From the IMG/VR virus record IMGVR_UViG_3300042196_000315, positions 1 through 51,835 of that record: 51,835 nucleotides of DNA, one strand, 5' to 3'. Positions within the stretch are counted from its first letter, which is position 1; every line of letters begins with the position of its first letter. Positions 1-8,758 of this stretch are shown in pieces. A program made the position numbers and the translations under genes. Source of the stretch: a virus (Duplodnaviria; Caudoviricetes). The notes under the pieces are model-generated. The model searched no databases. It was not told the DNA's origin and saw nothing but the letters and a program-made list of their open reading frames with translations.

Positions 1-127
1 GTTTCAGCCTGATCGGGCTGGGCAGCCCCGTGCCGGCCGTGCTGCCCAGCCCGGACGGGGGATTTGGCTCCATTGATGATCGTTACATGCTGCTGTGGCT
101 CTATTTCGGCCTTCTGGCTCCGCCCCC
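1..127 (+). repeat. Terminal direct repeat, copy 1 (assembly circularisation overlap)
   Basis: Identical to 51709-51835; 127 nt matches a common assembler k-mer; an ORF reads through the junction. Confidence 0.95.
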
Positions 128-1367
128 ACCCCCTCCCCCGCCGCCACCTCCCTACCTGGCCTATGGCAGCCTGCTCTACCGGGTGGATTTTGAGGACACG
201 GCCGGCCAGACGGTAGAGAGCTTTGGCGATTTCCTGGCCCTGGACTTTGAGATTGTGGCCAGCGGCAAGGGCAGCTACCGGCTGGATCTGTCCGGCTACG
301 ATGACCGGATTGGGGAGATTGGCGACGATTACATCATGCGGGTGTGGCACCAGGACCCGGCCTTTGGCATCCCCTGGACGGAGGTCTTTACCGGCATCCA
401 CAAGACCTTTGTAGACGGCATCGCCGAGAGCGGCCGTCTCTCTTGGGAATCGTACGGCCCGTCGCTGGAGGAGCTGCCGGATAAGGAATTCATCAGCTAC
501 CCTTCGGGCACAGCGCAGGCGGCCAAAGCCGGGCCGGCCTCCACAGTCATGTATGCTTACGTGCGCGAGAATATTGGCGATTTGGCCACAGAGGCAAACG
601 GCCGTGACTATGATGGGGTAAATCCGGTGCTGTTGGGGGCAGATCTGGGCGTAGGCGGCCTATGGGCCGGCAGCCGGGCACGGAAGCACCTGCTGGCGGT
701 TTTGCAGGAAATACAGCAGTTCTCTGTGGCCGGGGGTGACCAGATAGATTTCCGGGTGCGCTACGCTGGGGGCTACCAGTTCCTCTTTGAGGCGGGCTAT
801 CTGGGGGCCGACCGCACAGCACCAGCCGCCAGCGGTGGTCTGAATGCGGCCGGGAATGCGCCGGTGGTGCTCTCGCCCAAATTCGGCAATGTCCGGGCCT
901 ACAGTCGCAGCCGCAGCCGCTACAACGAGGCTAATCTGGCTATCGCCCTGGGCCAGGGGGACGCGGCCGCCCGCCAGTTCCGGGTTGCACGTGACGATGC
1001 TGGCATCGCCGCCTCACCCATTGCCCAACGGGTAGCAGCCGCCAGTGCCGGTGCCGAGACGACACCAGCCGGGCTGCTGGCCTCTGCCCAGAGCAAGCTA
1101 AATGAGAGTGCGGCACGGGACACCTTCATGGTGTGGCCCTACAAAAGCCTGGCCAGCCGCGCCCTGCTCCGGGCCTTTCCGGGGCTGGATGAGGCCAACT
1201 TCACGGGGGAGGTGCTGTGGCGCGATTACTTCCCCGCCGATTTTGTGACGGTGGAGGATTTCCGCACCAGCGTGCGCCAAAACGTGCAGCTTGTGCGCGT
1301 CAAGGTGCAGGTACGGCCGTCTGAGAGCCGGGTAGAGACGATTACCTACGAGGTGAAGAATGTTTGA
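30..1367 (+). CDS. Minor tail protein (siphovirus Gp37/ReqiPepy6-like baseplate hub); true start at 51684 across the junction
   Basis: Follows tail-fibre genes; ANLAIALGQGDAAAR and WRDYFPADFVTV resemble Gp37-like motifs; N-terminal poly-Pro linker. Confidence 0.65.
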   Translation: MPAVLPSPDGGFGSIDDRYMLLWLYFGLLAPPPPPPPPPPPYLAYGSLLYRVDFEDTAGQTVESFGDFLALDFEIVASGKGSYRLDLSGYDDRIGEIGDDYIMRVWHQDPAFGIPWTEVFTGIHKTFVDGIAESGRLSWESYGPSLEELPDKEFISYPSGTAQAAKAGPASTVMYAYVRENIGDLATEANGRDYDGVNPVLLGADLGVGGLWAGSRARKHLLAVLQEIQQFSVAGGDQIDFRVRYAGGYQFLFEAGYLGADRTAPAASGGLNAAGNAPVVLSPKFGNVRAYSRSRSRYNEANLAIALGQGDAAARQFRVARDDAGIAASPIAQRVAAASAGAETTPAGLLASAQSKLNESAARDTFMVWPYKSLASRALLRAFPGLDEANFTGEVLWRDYFPADFVTVEDFRTSVRQNVQLVRVKVQVRPSESRVETITYEVKNV

Positions 1368-1617
1368 CGAATTCCTAAGAGCCTCTGCCAGGCGGGGCAT
1401 GGGTCGTATGGCCAGCGACCTGGTGGACTTGCGCACGGACGAGACAGGCCCCCGCCATAACCTGGTGGCCACTGCTGCCCCCGGCGCGGGCGATGACATC
1501 ACGGCCGGTTACTCCATCGGCAGCCTGTGGGCCGATGTGGCTCCACTGCCGGCAACAATCTATATTTGCCGTGACAATACGGAGGGGGCGGCCACCTGGA
1601 CGCAGATAGCGCCATGA
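1360..1617 (+). CDS. Small tail-associated protein
   Basis: Overlaps upstream stop; APGAGDDITAGYSIGSLW...YICRDNTEGAATW resembles a phage tail-fibre module. Confidence 0.6.
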   Translation: MFDEFLRASARRGMGRMASDLVDLRTDETGPRHNLVATAAPGAGDDITAGYSIGSLWADVAPLPATIYICRDNTEGAATWTQIAP

Positions 1618-2120
1618 ACCGCAATCAATTTGAGCTTCGATTCGCCGCTATCCTGGCCCTGTCCATCCTGGCGGCCGTCCTCATCTATACGGCCGTGTCC
1701 TGTCTGGCCCGCCATGAGCCAGCACCGGCCATCACCCCGACGCTGGCGATTAGTGAGACTCCGAGTATCACGCCCATGCCGCTGACTGCCACCCCCACTC
1801 CCACAAAGGTTGCTCCGGCTGCGGTTCCATCCCGCACCGCCACGGCGACGGAGACGGCCGTTCCTTCCTCATCTCCTCCGACGGCCGTCTCCTCGCCAAC
1901 GCCTACACTGACAGCGGCACCAACCTTGACACCGCCACCTACGCCCGCGGAACGGCCGTCCACGTGGCTGGTCCGGCCGAATGACAACCTATCAGACATC
2001 AGCGAGTACCTGTGCGGCTTTGAGCAGCCTGGCTGGCTGCTGGAGGAGAATCGAGACATTATCCGCAATCCTGATTTTATTTTTGCTGGTCAGGAGCTAT
2101 CAATTCCCTGGCCGTGCTGA
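1614..2120 (+). CDS. Membrane-anchored LysM protein with Pro/Thr linker
   Basis: N-terminal TM helix, PT-rich linker, C-terminal WLVRPNDNLSDIS...IRNPDFIFAGQELSIP (LysM). Confidence 0.85.
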   Translation: MNRNQFELRFAAILALSILAAVLIYTAVSCLARHEPAPAITPTLAISETPSITPMPLTATPTPTKVAPAAVPSRTATATETAVPSSSPPTAVSSPTPTLTAAPTLTPPPTPAERPSTWLVRPNDNLSDISEYLCGFEQPGWLLEENRDIIRNPDFIFAGQELSIPWPC

Positions 2121-2141
2121 CTTGGCGACAAAGGAGCTATC

Positions 2142-2471
2142 ATGGCTGACGAAAGACAATCATTGGCAAGACGGCTGTTTACTGGCAACATCTTCAGCCA
2201 GGGGACAATTGAGCAAATCGTACAGGACTTCTTGGCGCACCCGCGCCGGCATAATGCCATGTTTGAGAGGTTGTTGTTTCTTCTCACCAATGCCTTCCTG
2301 AGAGCGGCGCAAAAGCACGAACGCGGCTGGTTTGTGAAATTGCTGGAAGAGCAGTCGGAGACGGCCGAATCTGAGGAGACCCAGGAGATGCTGGCTAATC
2401 TGATCCTGGCCGTCAACAGCCGGGAATACATCTACAGCGACTTCCGGCGAAAATCTGACGATGACGGATGA
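2142..2471 (+). CDS. Hypothetical protein
   Basis: AAGGAG RBS; overlaps next gene. Confidence 0.65.
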   Translation: MADERQSLARRLFTGNIFSQGTIEQIVQDFLAHPRRHNAMFERLLFLLTNAFLRAAQKHERGWFVKLLEEQSETAESEETQEMLANLILAVNSREYIYSDFRRKSDDDG

Positions 2472-2930
2472 TAATGGCGTTCTGGCCCAGGAGGTGCATA
2501 ACCTGGCCTCGTTGGTTGAGGAGCTAAACGAGACGGTAACGGTCGCCATGAAGGAATTCAGGATGGTAGCCACGTACCTGGAAAAAAAAACCGGCAGCAG
2601 GCAGATGAGATCAGAAAGCTCGCCCTTCGCGTCGCTGCCCTGGAATCTCCCAAGCCGGTTACAAAACCCATCTCGTACCCAAAACGGTCAAGACGAACGG
2701 CCGTCAGGGTTTGGCGGCTGATCGCTCAACATTTCGACGAGGAGGAATTGGGCCTGCTGGCGTTCGAGTATGGGGTAGATGATGAGGAGATCGCCGGGGA
2801 AACCAAGTTGAGCAAAGCCAGAGCACTTGTTGAACACGTTTGGCGACGGGGAGATCTGCAAGGGTTAATTTTTCTAGCCCAGGACCAGCGGCCGAATGTG
2901 ACAGATTGGCCAGTTATTCCGGAGCGGTGA
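2461..2930 (+). CDS. Coiled-coil + effector-associated-domain (EAD7-like) protein, split by a -1 frameshift at the A9 run 2582-2590
   Basis: -1 frame after A9 reads NRQQADEIRKLALRVAALE...LIAQHFDEEELGLLAFEYGVDDEEIAGETKLSKARALVEHVWRRG. Confidence 0.6.
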
Positions 2931-2933
2931 TCG

Positions 2934-3552
2934 CCTCATCATTTCTAACGCTGTCGGCCGCCAGCCCGGGCACCCCTCATCAAATCTAATGAGGTCGGCC
3001 GCCGAGCTTGACAACCTCATCAAAATTGACGATAATGCCGGCAGATGGCTAACCTGGTTAGCACCGCCTCGCCGAAAATGACGAGGGGATCCGGAAAACA
3101 TCGTCAAATCTAATGAGGAGGTCCCGAGATGGACTTAAACAGCTACGACGGCGGCAAGGGCCTGGTATTCAGGACAATCATCAACGAAATTCCCCCACAC
3201 GACATTTTCATAAGCGGCTTCGCCGGGGCCTGTGCGGTCGCCAGAAACAAGCGGCCGGCAAAGCTCAATATTTTGATTGATGCTGATGAGCGGGTAATTG
3301 ACGGTTGGCGCTCGATGCTCGTCAACTCTGACGAGGTCTCCGGGGACATCGCCGGAAATGACGAGGCGGCCGTTTCCTCGACGACATCACCGGAAATGAT
3401 GAGGGGCGCGGCCATCGTCAAAAGCGACGAGGCGATCACCTCATCAGAATTGACGAGGTATGCCCGGGCTGGTGATCGCCTCATCAGAATTGACGCTGCT
3501 GCAGCCACGTCGGAATTGATGAGGCTGGCCAGCATCACCGAAAGTGACGAGG
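2934..3552. repeat. Array of 13 degenerate 20-bp palindromes, consensus C(C/A)TC(A/G)(T/C)C(A/G)-N4-TGA(C/T)GAGG
   Basis: Copies start at 2934, 2975, 3015, 3067, 3099, 3317, 3347, 3385, 3413, 3439, 3479, 3505, 3533. Confidence 0.9.
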
Positions 3553-4043
3553 CTACCAGGTGGATTTTGGTACATGGCGATTTCCTGGAAGTGTTGCCGT
3601 ATTTGCCAGTGACCAGGCGCACGGTAATGTATTTGGATCCGCCATACCTCATGGAAACGCGCAGCAGCCAACGGCCGCTTTACCGCCATGAGTTTGGCAG
3701 CCAGGAAGAGCATGAGGAGCTATTGACGGCCGTTTCCCGGCTCAACTGCCGGGCGCTTCTCTCAGGCTACCAGAGCGAGCTATACGGCCGTCTGCTGGCC
3801 GATTGGCGCAGACTGGACTATTGGACGGTGAACCGGGCCGGGACGCGGGTATGTGAATCATTGTGGCTCAATTATGATGAGCCGTTGAGGTTGCATGATT
3901 ACAGGTGGTTGGGCGACGGGTGGAGGGAGCGCGACCGCATAAAGCAAAAGGCCAAGAGATGGGTCAATAGATTCGATTCTTTGCCGGTGCTGGAACGGCG
4001 CTTCATTTTGCAGGCGCTGGATGAAGTTGGGTTGTTGGACTAA
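3129..4043 (+). CDS. DNA adenine methyltransferase (Dam/D12-like) with ~80-aa repeat-derived insertion
   Basis: YDGGKG...IPPHDIFISGFAG (motifs X/I), YLDPPY (motif IV), LLSGY, ESLWLNY; GAGGAGG RBS. Confidence 0.9.
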   Translation: MDLNSYDGGKGLVFRTIINEIPPHDIFISGFAGACAVARNKRPAKLNILIDADERVIDGWRSMLVNSDEVSGDIAGNDEAAVSSTTSPEMMRGAAIVKSDEAITSSELTRYARAGDRLIRIDAAAATSELMRLASITESDEATRWILVHGDFLEVLPYLPVTRRTVMYLDPPYLMETRSSQRPLYRHEFGSQEEHEELLTAVSRLNCRALLSGYQSELYGRLLADWRRLDYWTVNRAGTRVCESLWLNYDEPLRLHDYRWLGDGWRERDRIKQKAKRWVNRFDSLPVLERRFILQALDEVGLLD

Positions 4044-4047
4044 AACC

Positions 4048-4089
4048 GAAACGGCCGATACTCAGGAGGGGGCGAGTATCGGCCGTTTC
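4048..4089. terminator. Hairpin between convergent operons (probable bidirectional terminator)
   Basis: 16-bp perfect IR GAAACGGCCGATACTC / GAGTATCGGCCGTTTC. Confidence 0.65.
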
Positions 4090-4128
4090 ATGCCATGGGT
4101 TGGGTGTAATTCGATTATATCCTACGTG

Positions 4129-4320
4129 TCAATCGCTCTTGTTGGCTTTCACGCGCCGGATAATGGCCCTCCGGTGTTTCTTGTAATACCGTTTGTTGCC
4201 GGCCGCCCTCAAACACGCCTGAGAGCAATACCTGATTTGTGCAATCGCACCGGGGGCGGCCGTTGGGCTGGCGCGGTCGGCGAGGTCAAATTCTCGTTTG
4301 CAATGCTTGCAGGTTTTCAT
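4129..4320 (-). CDS. Small Cys-motif (zinc-binding) basic protein
   Basis: CKHC...YCSQAC; overlaps upstream stop. Confidence 0.6.
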   Translation of the reverse strand: MKTCKHCKREFDLADRASPTAAPGAIAQIRYCSQACLRAAGNKRYYKKHRRAIIRRVKANKSD

Positions 4321-4616
4321 GTCTTATCCACCATGTAATCGCCGGAATTGGCTGAGCGATACGGATCGCGCCACAGGCCAATGACCAGGCCGAATAAAAC
4401 CAGGTACACGCGGCCGCCTTCGTAGCCGCCACGCCTGGCACTGAAACGACGGCCGAAGCCGAAACCAATCAGGCGGAATTCGCCAGCGGATAGGCCAACT
4501 GTCCACTCGGCAGCGGGTAGCAAATTGGCGGCATTCTCGGTGTACGGTCGCCAGCCAAGCCGCCAGAGGATGGTGGCGAGGATTAGGGCGATGATGAAAT
4601 ATGGTATACTTTGCAT
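4317..4616 (-). CDS. Small membrane protein
   Basis: AAGGAG RBS; two hydrophobic segments. Confidence 0.6.
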   Translation of the reverse strand: MQSIPYFIIALILATILWRLGWRPYTENAANLLPAAEWTVGLSAGEFRLIGFGFGRRFSARRGGYEGGRVYLVLFGLVIGLWRDPYRSANSGDYMVDKT

Positions 4617-4672
4617 GAGTTTACTCCTTTTGAGTGACGGCCGTTTTCCCGACAGAAAACGGCCGTCTTGCT

Positions 4673-4882
4673 TTAATCCGGCCCTTCCTGTTCCGGCGTA
4701 TCCCGCAACGTCCAGAACCCGCCCGCCCCCTTCTTCCGAGCTACGCGCATAGTTTTACCCTTGCTGCCATCCGGCCTCTCAATTTCTATTTCGCCAAAAT
4801 CGGCGTAGTCATTACCGCCCGTCACCCGGACTTCGCCAGTTACCCACAATCCGCCATCTTTTGATATTGCCTTTTCGCTCAC
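4673..4882 (-). CDS. Hypothetical protein
   Basis: AAGGAG RBS upstream of GTG start. Confidence 0.55.
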   Translation of the reverse strand: MSEKAISKDGGLWVTGEVRVTGGNDYADFGEIEIERPDGSKGKTMRVARKKGAGGFWTLRDTPEQEGPD

Positions 4883-4978
4883 GGTCTAACTCCTTTTGAT
4901 TTTTGACTATTCTATCAGATAGGCCTACTGAAAATGGAAACACATCATACCATAAGTACCCCCAAGATAACGTGACAT

Positions 4979-5229
4979 TCAGCCCCCGGCTGCCACATAC
5001 CCCCGCCTGATTTTCTGCTCAATAATCCTGGCCGCCAGCTCCCCGGCCGCCTCAGCATCCTCTGCCGGAAAAATCCTGGCCCGCTGGTAGGCGGTCTCTC
5101 TATTACCCCAGGCGACTATCACGGCCGCCTTATCCAACAGTGACGGCGTCCCAACTCCTGTTGGGCGACCAGCACCAGATACCAGCGGTTCATATGCTGC
5201 TCAGGGTCAACTTTGATGAGCAGCGTCAT
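4979..5229 (-). pseudogene. WGR-domain-like gene frameshifted by insertion of a CCAAC-AGGA-GTTGG element
   Basis: MTLLIKVDPEQHMNRWYLVLV // TPSLLDKAAVIVAWGNRETAYQRAR...IIEQKIRRGYV in two frames; ATGA overlap with upstream gene. Confidence 0.75.
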
Positions 5230-6113
5230 TTGTCCCCCAGGTCAATGAGATAGTCCTTGCTAATCTTCCCCTGCCCCCTGCCCCGCTCATGCTGGCCAAT
5301 CCAGACCATGCCAGAGTACCGGCCGAAAAGCGGCCGTTCCGGGCTGTAATAGCGAAAATGACCTCTAACCACGTGCTCCCGGCGCGCCCGTCTGCCCGTG
5401 CCCGAAGCGACACCCACGCCGGCAAATGAGCCGGGTGATTGACGGGACCCCGGCGAGCGAACTTTCAACACATAGTAATCGGCCAGCTTGCGGCCGGCGT
5501 GCTTACGGCCGTGCTGTCGCTGCTGCTGGCGTGTGGGTGTGACATGCTCTGCCTCTATGCGCTGGTGCAGGGCACTGATAGCCTTAAGCGCAAAGGGTAT
5601 GAAGGTGACTGCCTGGCGGATGTGGGCATCAGTTTGGGGACTGCTGTCATGGGCGGCCGTGTGTACCCGGCTCATGTCATCCAGCAGGTGGCCGGCCGCG
5701 TCCAGGTGGAGGAAGAGACGGCCGTTGGCCGACTGGGGCACATTGTCTTCTACCAAATTTCCCGTTGCCAATCGCCGCTGTCGCCATTGGTAGGGTGTGA
5801 TGCTGTAAATCCAGTGGGTGCCCTCATAGAGCGGTTGCGCCTTCTCCCAGAGGTGCGCGTTAGCTACCTCGAAATGGAGGCCGCGCTCTATGGTCCAAAT
5901 TTCCTCATCTACCACCACCTCTGTACGGGCTTCGATGAAGAAGTCATGAAAGGGTGGGGCCACGCAGCCGTATTCACCGGCCGCCGGGCTGCGATCACTA
6001 TCAGGCAGCGCGTCAATTTGGGCCGCGATCTGGTCGGCGATGATGGCCGGGCAGGCGGCGGCCGGGGGGAAGCCCCGGCCGAGAGCCAGGCGGATGCGGT
6101 CTACCAGGCGCAT
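5226..6113 (-). CDS. Conserved phage hypothetical protein (C-terminal HxVRGHFR motif)
   Basis: 295-aa ORF; RREHVVRGHFRYY...VWIGQHERG. Confidence 0.75.
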   Translation of the reverse strand: MRLVDRIRLALGRGFPPAAACPAIIADQIAAQIDALPDSDRSPAAGEYGCVAPPFHDFFIEARTEVVVDEEIWTIERGLHFEVANAHLWEKAQPLYEGTHWIYSITPYQWRQRRLATGNLVEDNVPQSANGRLFLHLDAAGHLLDDMSRVHTAAHDSSPQTDAHIRQAVTFIPFALKAISALHQRIEAEHVTPTRQQQRQHGRKHAGRKLADYYVLKVRSPGSRQSPGSFAGVGVASGTGRRARREHVVRGHFRYYSPERPLFGRYSGMVWIGQHERGRGQGKISKDYLIDLGDK

Positions 6114-6114
6114 T

Positions 6115-6849
6115 TTACAAGGTCACCTCTTTAACCAGGTGCAGATGCAGACTCATGGAAATTTCCACAGGAATGCCGGCATCTTTCATGTCATCCCGGA
6201 AGGCGGCCAGGCGGCTTCTGAGGTCATCGGGGATGAATTCGGCCGAACTGGCCACCAGGTCTGGGGCTAAGGGTGCGGGATCTGCGAGGGCTATGGCCGT
6301 CTCAGGGTGTCTGAGATAGCGACTCGTACCTTGCCCAGCTAGGGGCAAGCCAAGTTTCTGCCATCGCTTGCGCAGCGCGGACTCTGACACGTTCCACCGC
6401 TTGCAGACAACCTTGAGCGTGTCCAGGCTGTGCCAATATTCAGTATGAGCTTGCCGTACCTGGTCATCGGTGAGGCGCACCTGTTTTTTACGCTTCCGCT
6501 TTTTCGCTGCCTGTTCGATATCGTCCACAATCTCACCGGTACTGGGGGGGGTATCAATTAATTGCTGGCTTCTCGCCACTGGTTCATTTGTCACTGGTTT
6601 CTCCTTTGCCTTAGCGGCCTTAAGTTTCTTGGCTATCTTCTCGGCTTCTGAGGGCGGCTTGTCTGCGTGCCCCGCACAGGCGGGCTTGGGTTTCTGCTGC
6701 TGGCTGATAATCCTCTTAAAGTGGGCAACGGCCGTCGCCGGCGGAGTGCGCACGGGGCCGCCAACGGCCGTATCACGCAAGTCATCACCCCACATCCTGT
6801 CATCTTTGCCTATTCTATTGCCGTGAACAGATCCGCTCTTGATGCTCAT
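6115..6849 (-). CDS. Putative DNA-binding protein (HTH in C-terminal half)
   Basis: TLKVVCKRWNVSESALRKRW is HTH-like; tight operon packing. Confidence 0.6.
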   Translation of the reverse strand: MSIKSGSVHGNRIGKDDRMWGDDLRDTAVGGPVRTPPATAVAHFKRIISQQQKPKPACAGHADKPPSEAEKIAKKLKAAKAKEKPVTNEPVARSQQLIDTPPSTGEIVDDIEQAAKKRKRKKQVRLTDDQVRQAHTEYWHSLDTLKVVCKRWNVSESALRKRWQKLGLPLAGQGTSRYLRHPETAIALADPAPLAPDLVASSAEFIPDDLRSRLAAFRDDMKDAGIPVEISMSLHLHLVKEVTL

Positions 6850-6850
6850 G

Positions 6851-7594
6851 TTACTCGCTCCGCCTACAGTAGACGCAAAGCCCGGAGGTGTGGCCGGTCA
6901 GCATCTTGCAGCCGGCACACGGCCGCCCCTCCCTCTCCCTATTGGCTGGCAGGTTGCCCGCGTGCGCCCAGGTATGGCCCACGACGGCCGAATAGAGCGT
7001 GCTGTAGTTAAGTCCCATCTCATCGGCCAATTGGCTGATTTGCTCCCCATCCTCATAATGTCGCCGGCGGGCATAGCGAACCTGGCCGGCCGACAGCCGC
7101 AGCCGGTAGCCCGGCTTCACCTCGTACCCATCCTGGTGAAAGCGGCGGCGCAAAGTTTCGGCCGAAAAGGGTTGGCCTTCTGCCACCTTCTCAATACAGC
7201 CGGCCTCCAGGTATCGCTGGTAGAGCGCAGCCACCTGGGAGCGGGATAGCCTGGTGTGCGGATGCTTGTGCAAATCGCGCCCGTTGCGCTCCTTACCGTA
7301 TTTGCGGCGGAAGGTGTAGCAGGCCCCGCAGCGGTCCTGGTGATAAGCGCGGTAGACACGGCCGCAGTTGCCACAGGTGCGCCTCAGCCGTCGCCGGCGC
7401 AACGTTTCAAGCTCCCCGGCCGTCAGCGGCGGCGGGTTGGCCACAGATGACCAGGTATGGCCCAGGATGGCCATGCGGATCGGGCCGTAGCCCATGCCCA
7501 TTTCACGCGCTATCTGTTTCATGCTCTGCCCGCGCCCTGCTCGCCTCCGGGCCTCCTTTACCTGCTGTAGGGTGATTCGTTGGTACATAGCCAA
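6851..7594 (-). CDS. Multi-HTH / zinc-finger DNA-binding protein
   Basis: Repeated HTH units (MKQIAREMGMGYGPIR...GHTW; ISQLADEMGLNYSTLY...GHTW) and two CxxC...CxxC clusters. Confidence 0.7.
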   Translation of the reverse strand: MAMYQRITLQQVKEARRRAGRGQSMKQIAREMGMGYGPIRMAILGHTWSSVANPPPLTAGELETLRRRRLRRTCGNCGRVYRAYHQDRCGACYTFRRKYGKERNGRDLHKHPHTRLSRSQVAALYQRYLEAGCIEKVAEGQPFSAETLRRRFHQDGYEVKPGYRLRLSAGQVRYARRRHYEDGEQISQLADEMGLNYSTLYSAVVGHTWAHAGNLPANREREGRPCAGCKMLTGHTSGLCVYCRRSE

Positions 7595-7612
7595 GCCACT
7601 CCTGTTGGCCCA

Positions 7613-7843
7613 TTATACAGCTTCCGGCTCGACCTCGACCTGCCATGTCCAGTTGTGGGCCTGGCCGGTATCGAATTTGCCGGGGCCGCCAACTCCTGTT
7701 GGGCTGAAACGGCCGTTCTTGTGCTCAGCCACCACGTCCATAGCGTGCTCGCGGTTGGTGGGAAATGTCACCTCACCATCATCGGCGCGGGCGATAGTTT
7801 GTTGGTAACGGTGGCCGGTCCGGGTGATGGTGATGGCGATCAC
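7613..7843 (-). CDS. Hypothetical protein
   Basis: GTG start overlapping upstream stop; GGAGG RBS. Confidence 0.5.
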   Translation of the reverse strand: MIAITITRTGHRYQQTIARADDGEVTFPTNREHAMDVVAEHKNGRFSPTGVGGPGKFDTGQAHNWTWQVEVEPEAV

Positions 7844-8412
7844 GCTCCCCTCCAATTGGCCAGGGCCGTCTTCAGTTCGGCCAGCAATTCCTGGTCCCGT
7901 CGCATGGCGGCCACGATTTCTTCATGCGAGGGTATCGGTATTTCCCTGAAAGACCGGGTGATTTCCGCCTGCAATGCCATCCAGTCTATTGGCGGCAACT
8001 CCTCGCCGGCTGGCAACTCCCCTTCGTCAATGGCTACCAGTTCCGGCCACTGCAAACGCAAGAAAAAGGAAGCCTCTTCCGGGCTGACCAGCCAGGCCAT
8101 ATGTTCCTGGTACTGGCGATCTATGACAATCCAGTATTTGGCCGGCTCCTCGCTGCTACCAGTCTCGAATTGAAACTGCCAGGCATAATCCAGGCGGCCG
8201 CTTTCCTGGAAGCCCAGAAGCGTCTGGTAAGCCGTCCAGTTGGCACCGCAAAGGTTCACGCGGCCATCATCGTAGCTGGCCTCATCCCCGGCCGGCTCCC
8301 AGTAGATGGCCACATACCGGGCTTCCCCTTCATAGCCCAGGGCGGGCCAGAACTCGGCCGGGCAGACAAAGCCGGTCAACTTCAAGAATGTTTCGGGTAT
8401 CTGTAGTTTCAT
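7840..8412 (-). CDS. Hypothetical protein
   Basis: AAGGAG RBS before MKLQIPETF; acidic globular ORF. Confidence 0.7.
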   Translation of the reverse strand: MKLQIPETFLKLTGFVCPAEFWPALGYEGEARYVAIYWEPAGDEASYDDGRVNLCGANWTAYQTLLGFQESGRLDYAWQFQFETGSSEEPAKYWIVIDRQYQEHMAWLVSPEEASFFLRLQWPELVAIDEGELPAGEELPPIDWMALQAEITRSFREIPIPSHEEIVAAMRRDQELLAELKTALANWRGA

Positions 8413-8422
8413 GATGTTCTCC

Positions 8423-8758
8423 TTAGTACCACGAATCCGGGAACTCCTGCTCGGATTCAGGCTGTATATCACAGCGGCCATTACGATGGGCCGGGTGTGG
8501 CCCTGGGTCGGGGAATTGAAACAGCCAGCCGCCTTCCCTGGCCGCCGCGTCCTGGGCATGTTGGCCAGCCTTGGCCAGCCAGGCGTTAGCGGCCGCCGGA
8601 TTGCCATCGAAGTGCTTGCGCACCATTGCCCAATAGCCTTGGATGGCAATCGCCTTACGCCGCCAGGCGGGCAGCTTTTTGGCCCGCGCCTTGCCGCCTT
8701 TGCTGGCAAATGGGTGTCCGGGTAGAAAACGGCCGTTCCCGTCGCGCCCGGTGCTCAT
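8423..8758 (-). CDS. Hypothetical protein (GRFxPG/KGG motif)
   Basis: ATGA overlap with upstream gene; GRFLPGHPFASKGGKARA. Confidence 0.55.
   Translation of the reverse strand: MSTGRDGNGRFLPGHPFASKGGKARAKKLPAWRRKAIAIQGYWAMVRKHFDGNPAAANAWLAKAGQHAQDAAAREGGWLFQFPDPGPHPAHRNGRCDIQPESEQEFPDSWY

Noticed and set aside
1-127. Biological direct terminal repeat of the virion DNA
   Set aside because: Length equals a common assembler k-mer and it falls mid-gene; best explained as circular overlap
118-152. C-rich tract as phase-variation or G-quadruplex signal
   Set aside because: Encodes an in-frame poly-Pro linker with mixed codons; more likely just the reason the assembly broke here
2934-3552. CRISPR array
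   Set aside because: Repeats are degenerate 20-mers with 6-32 bp irregular spacers, partly in-frame in a CDS; no cas genes
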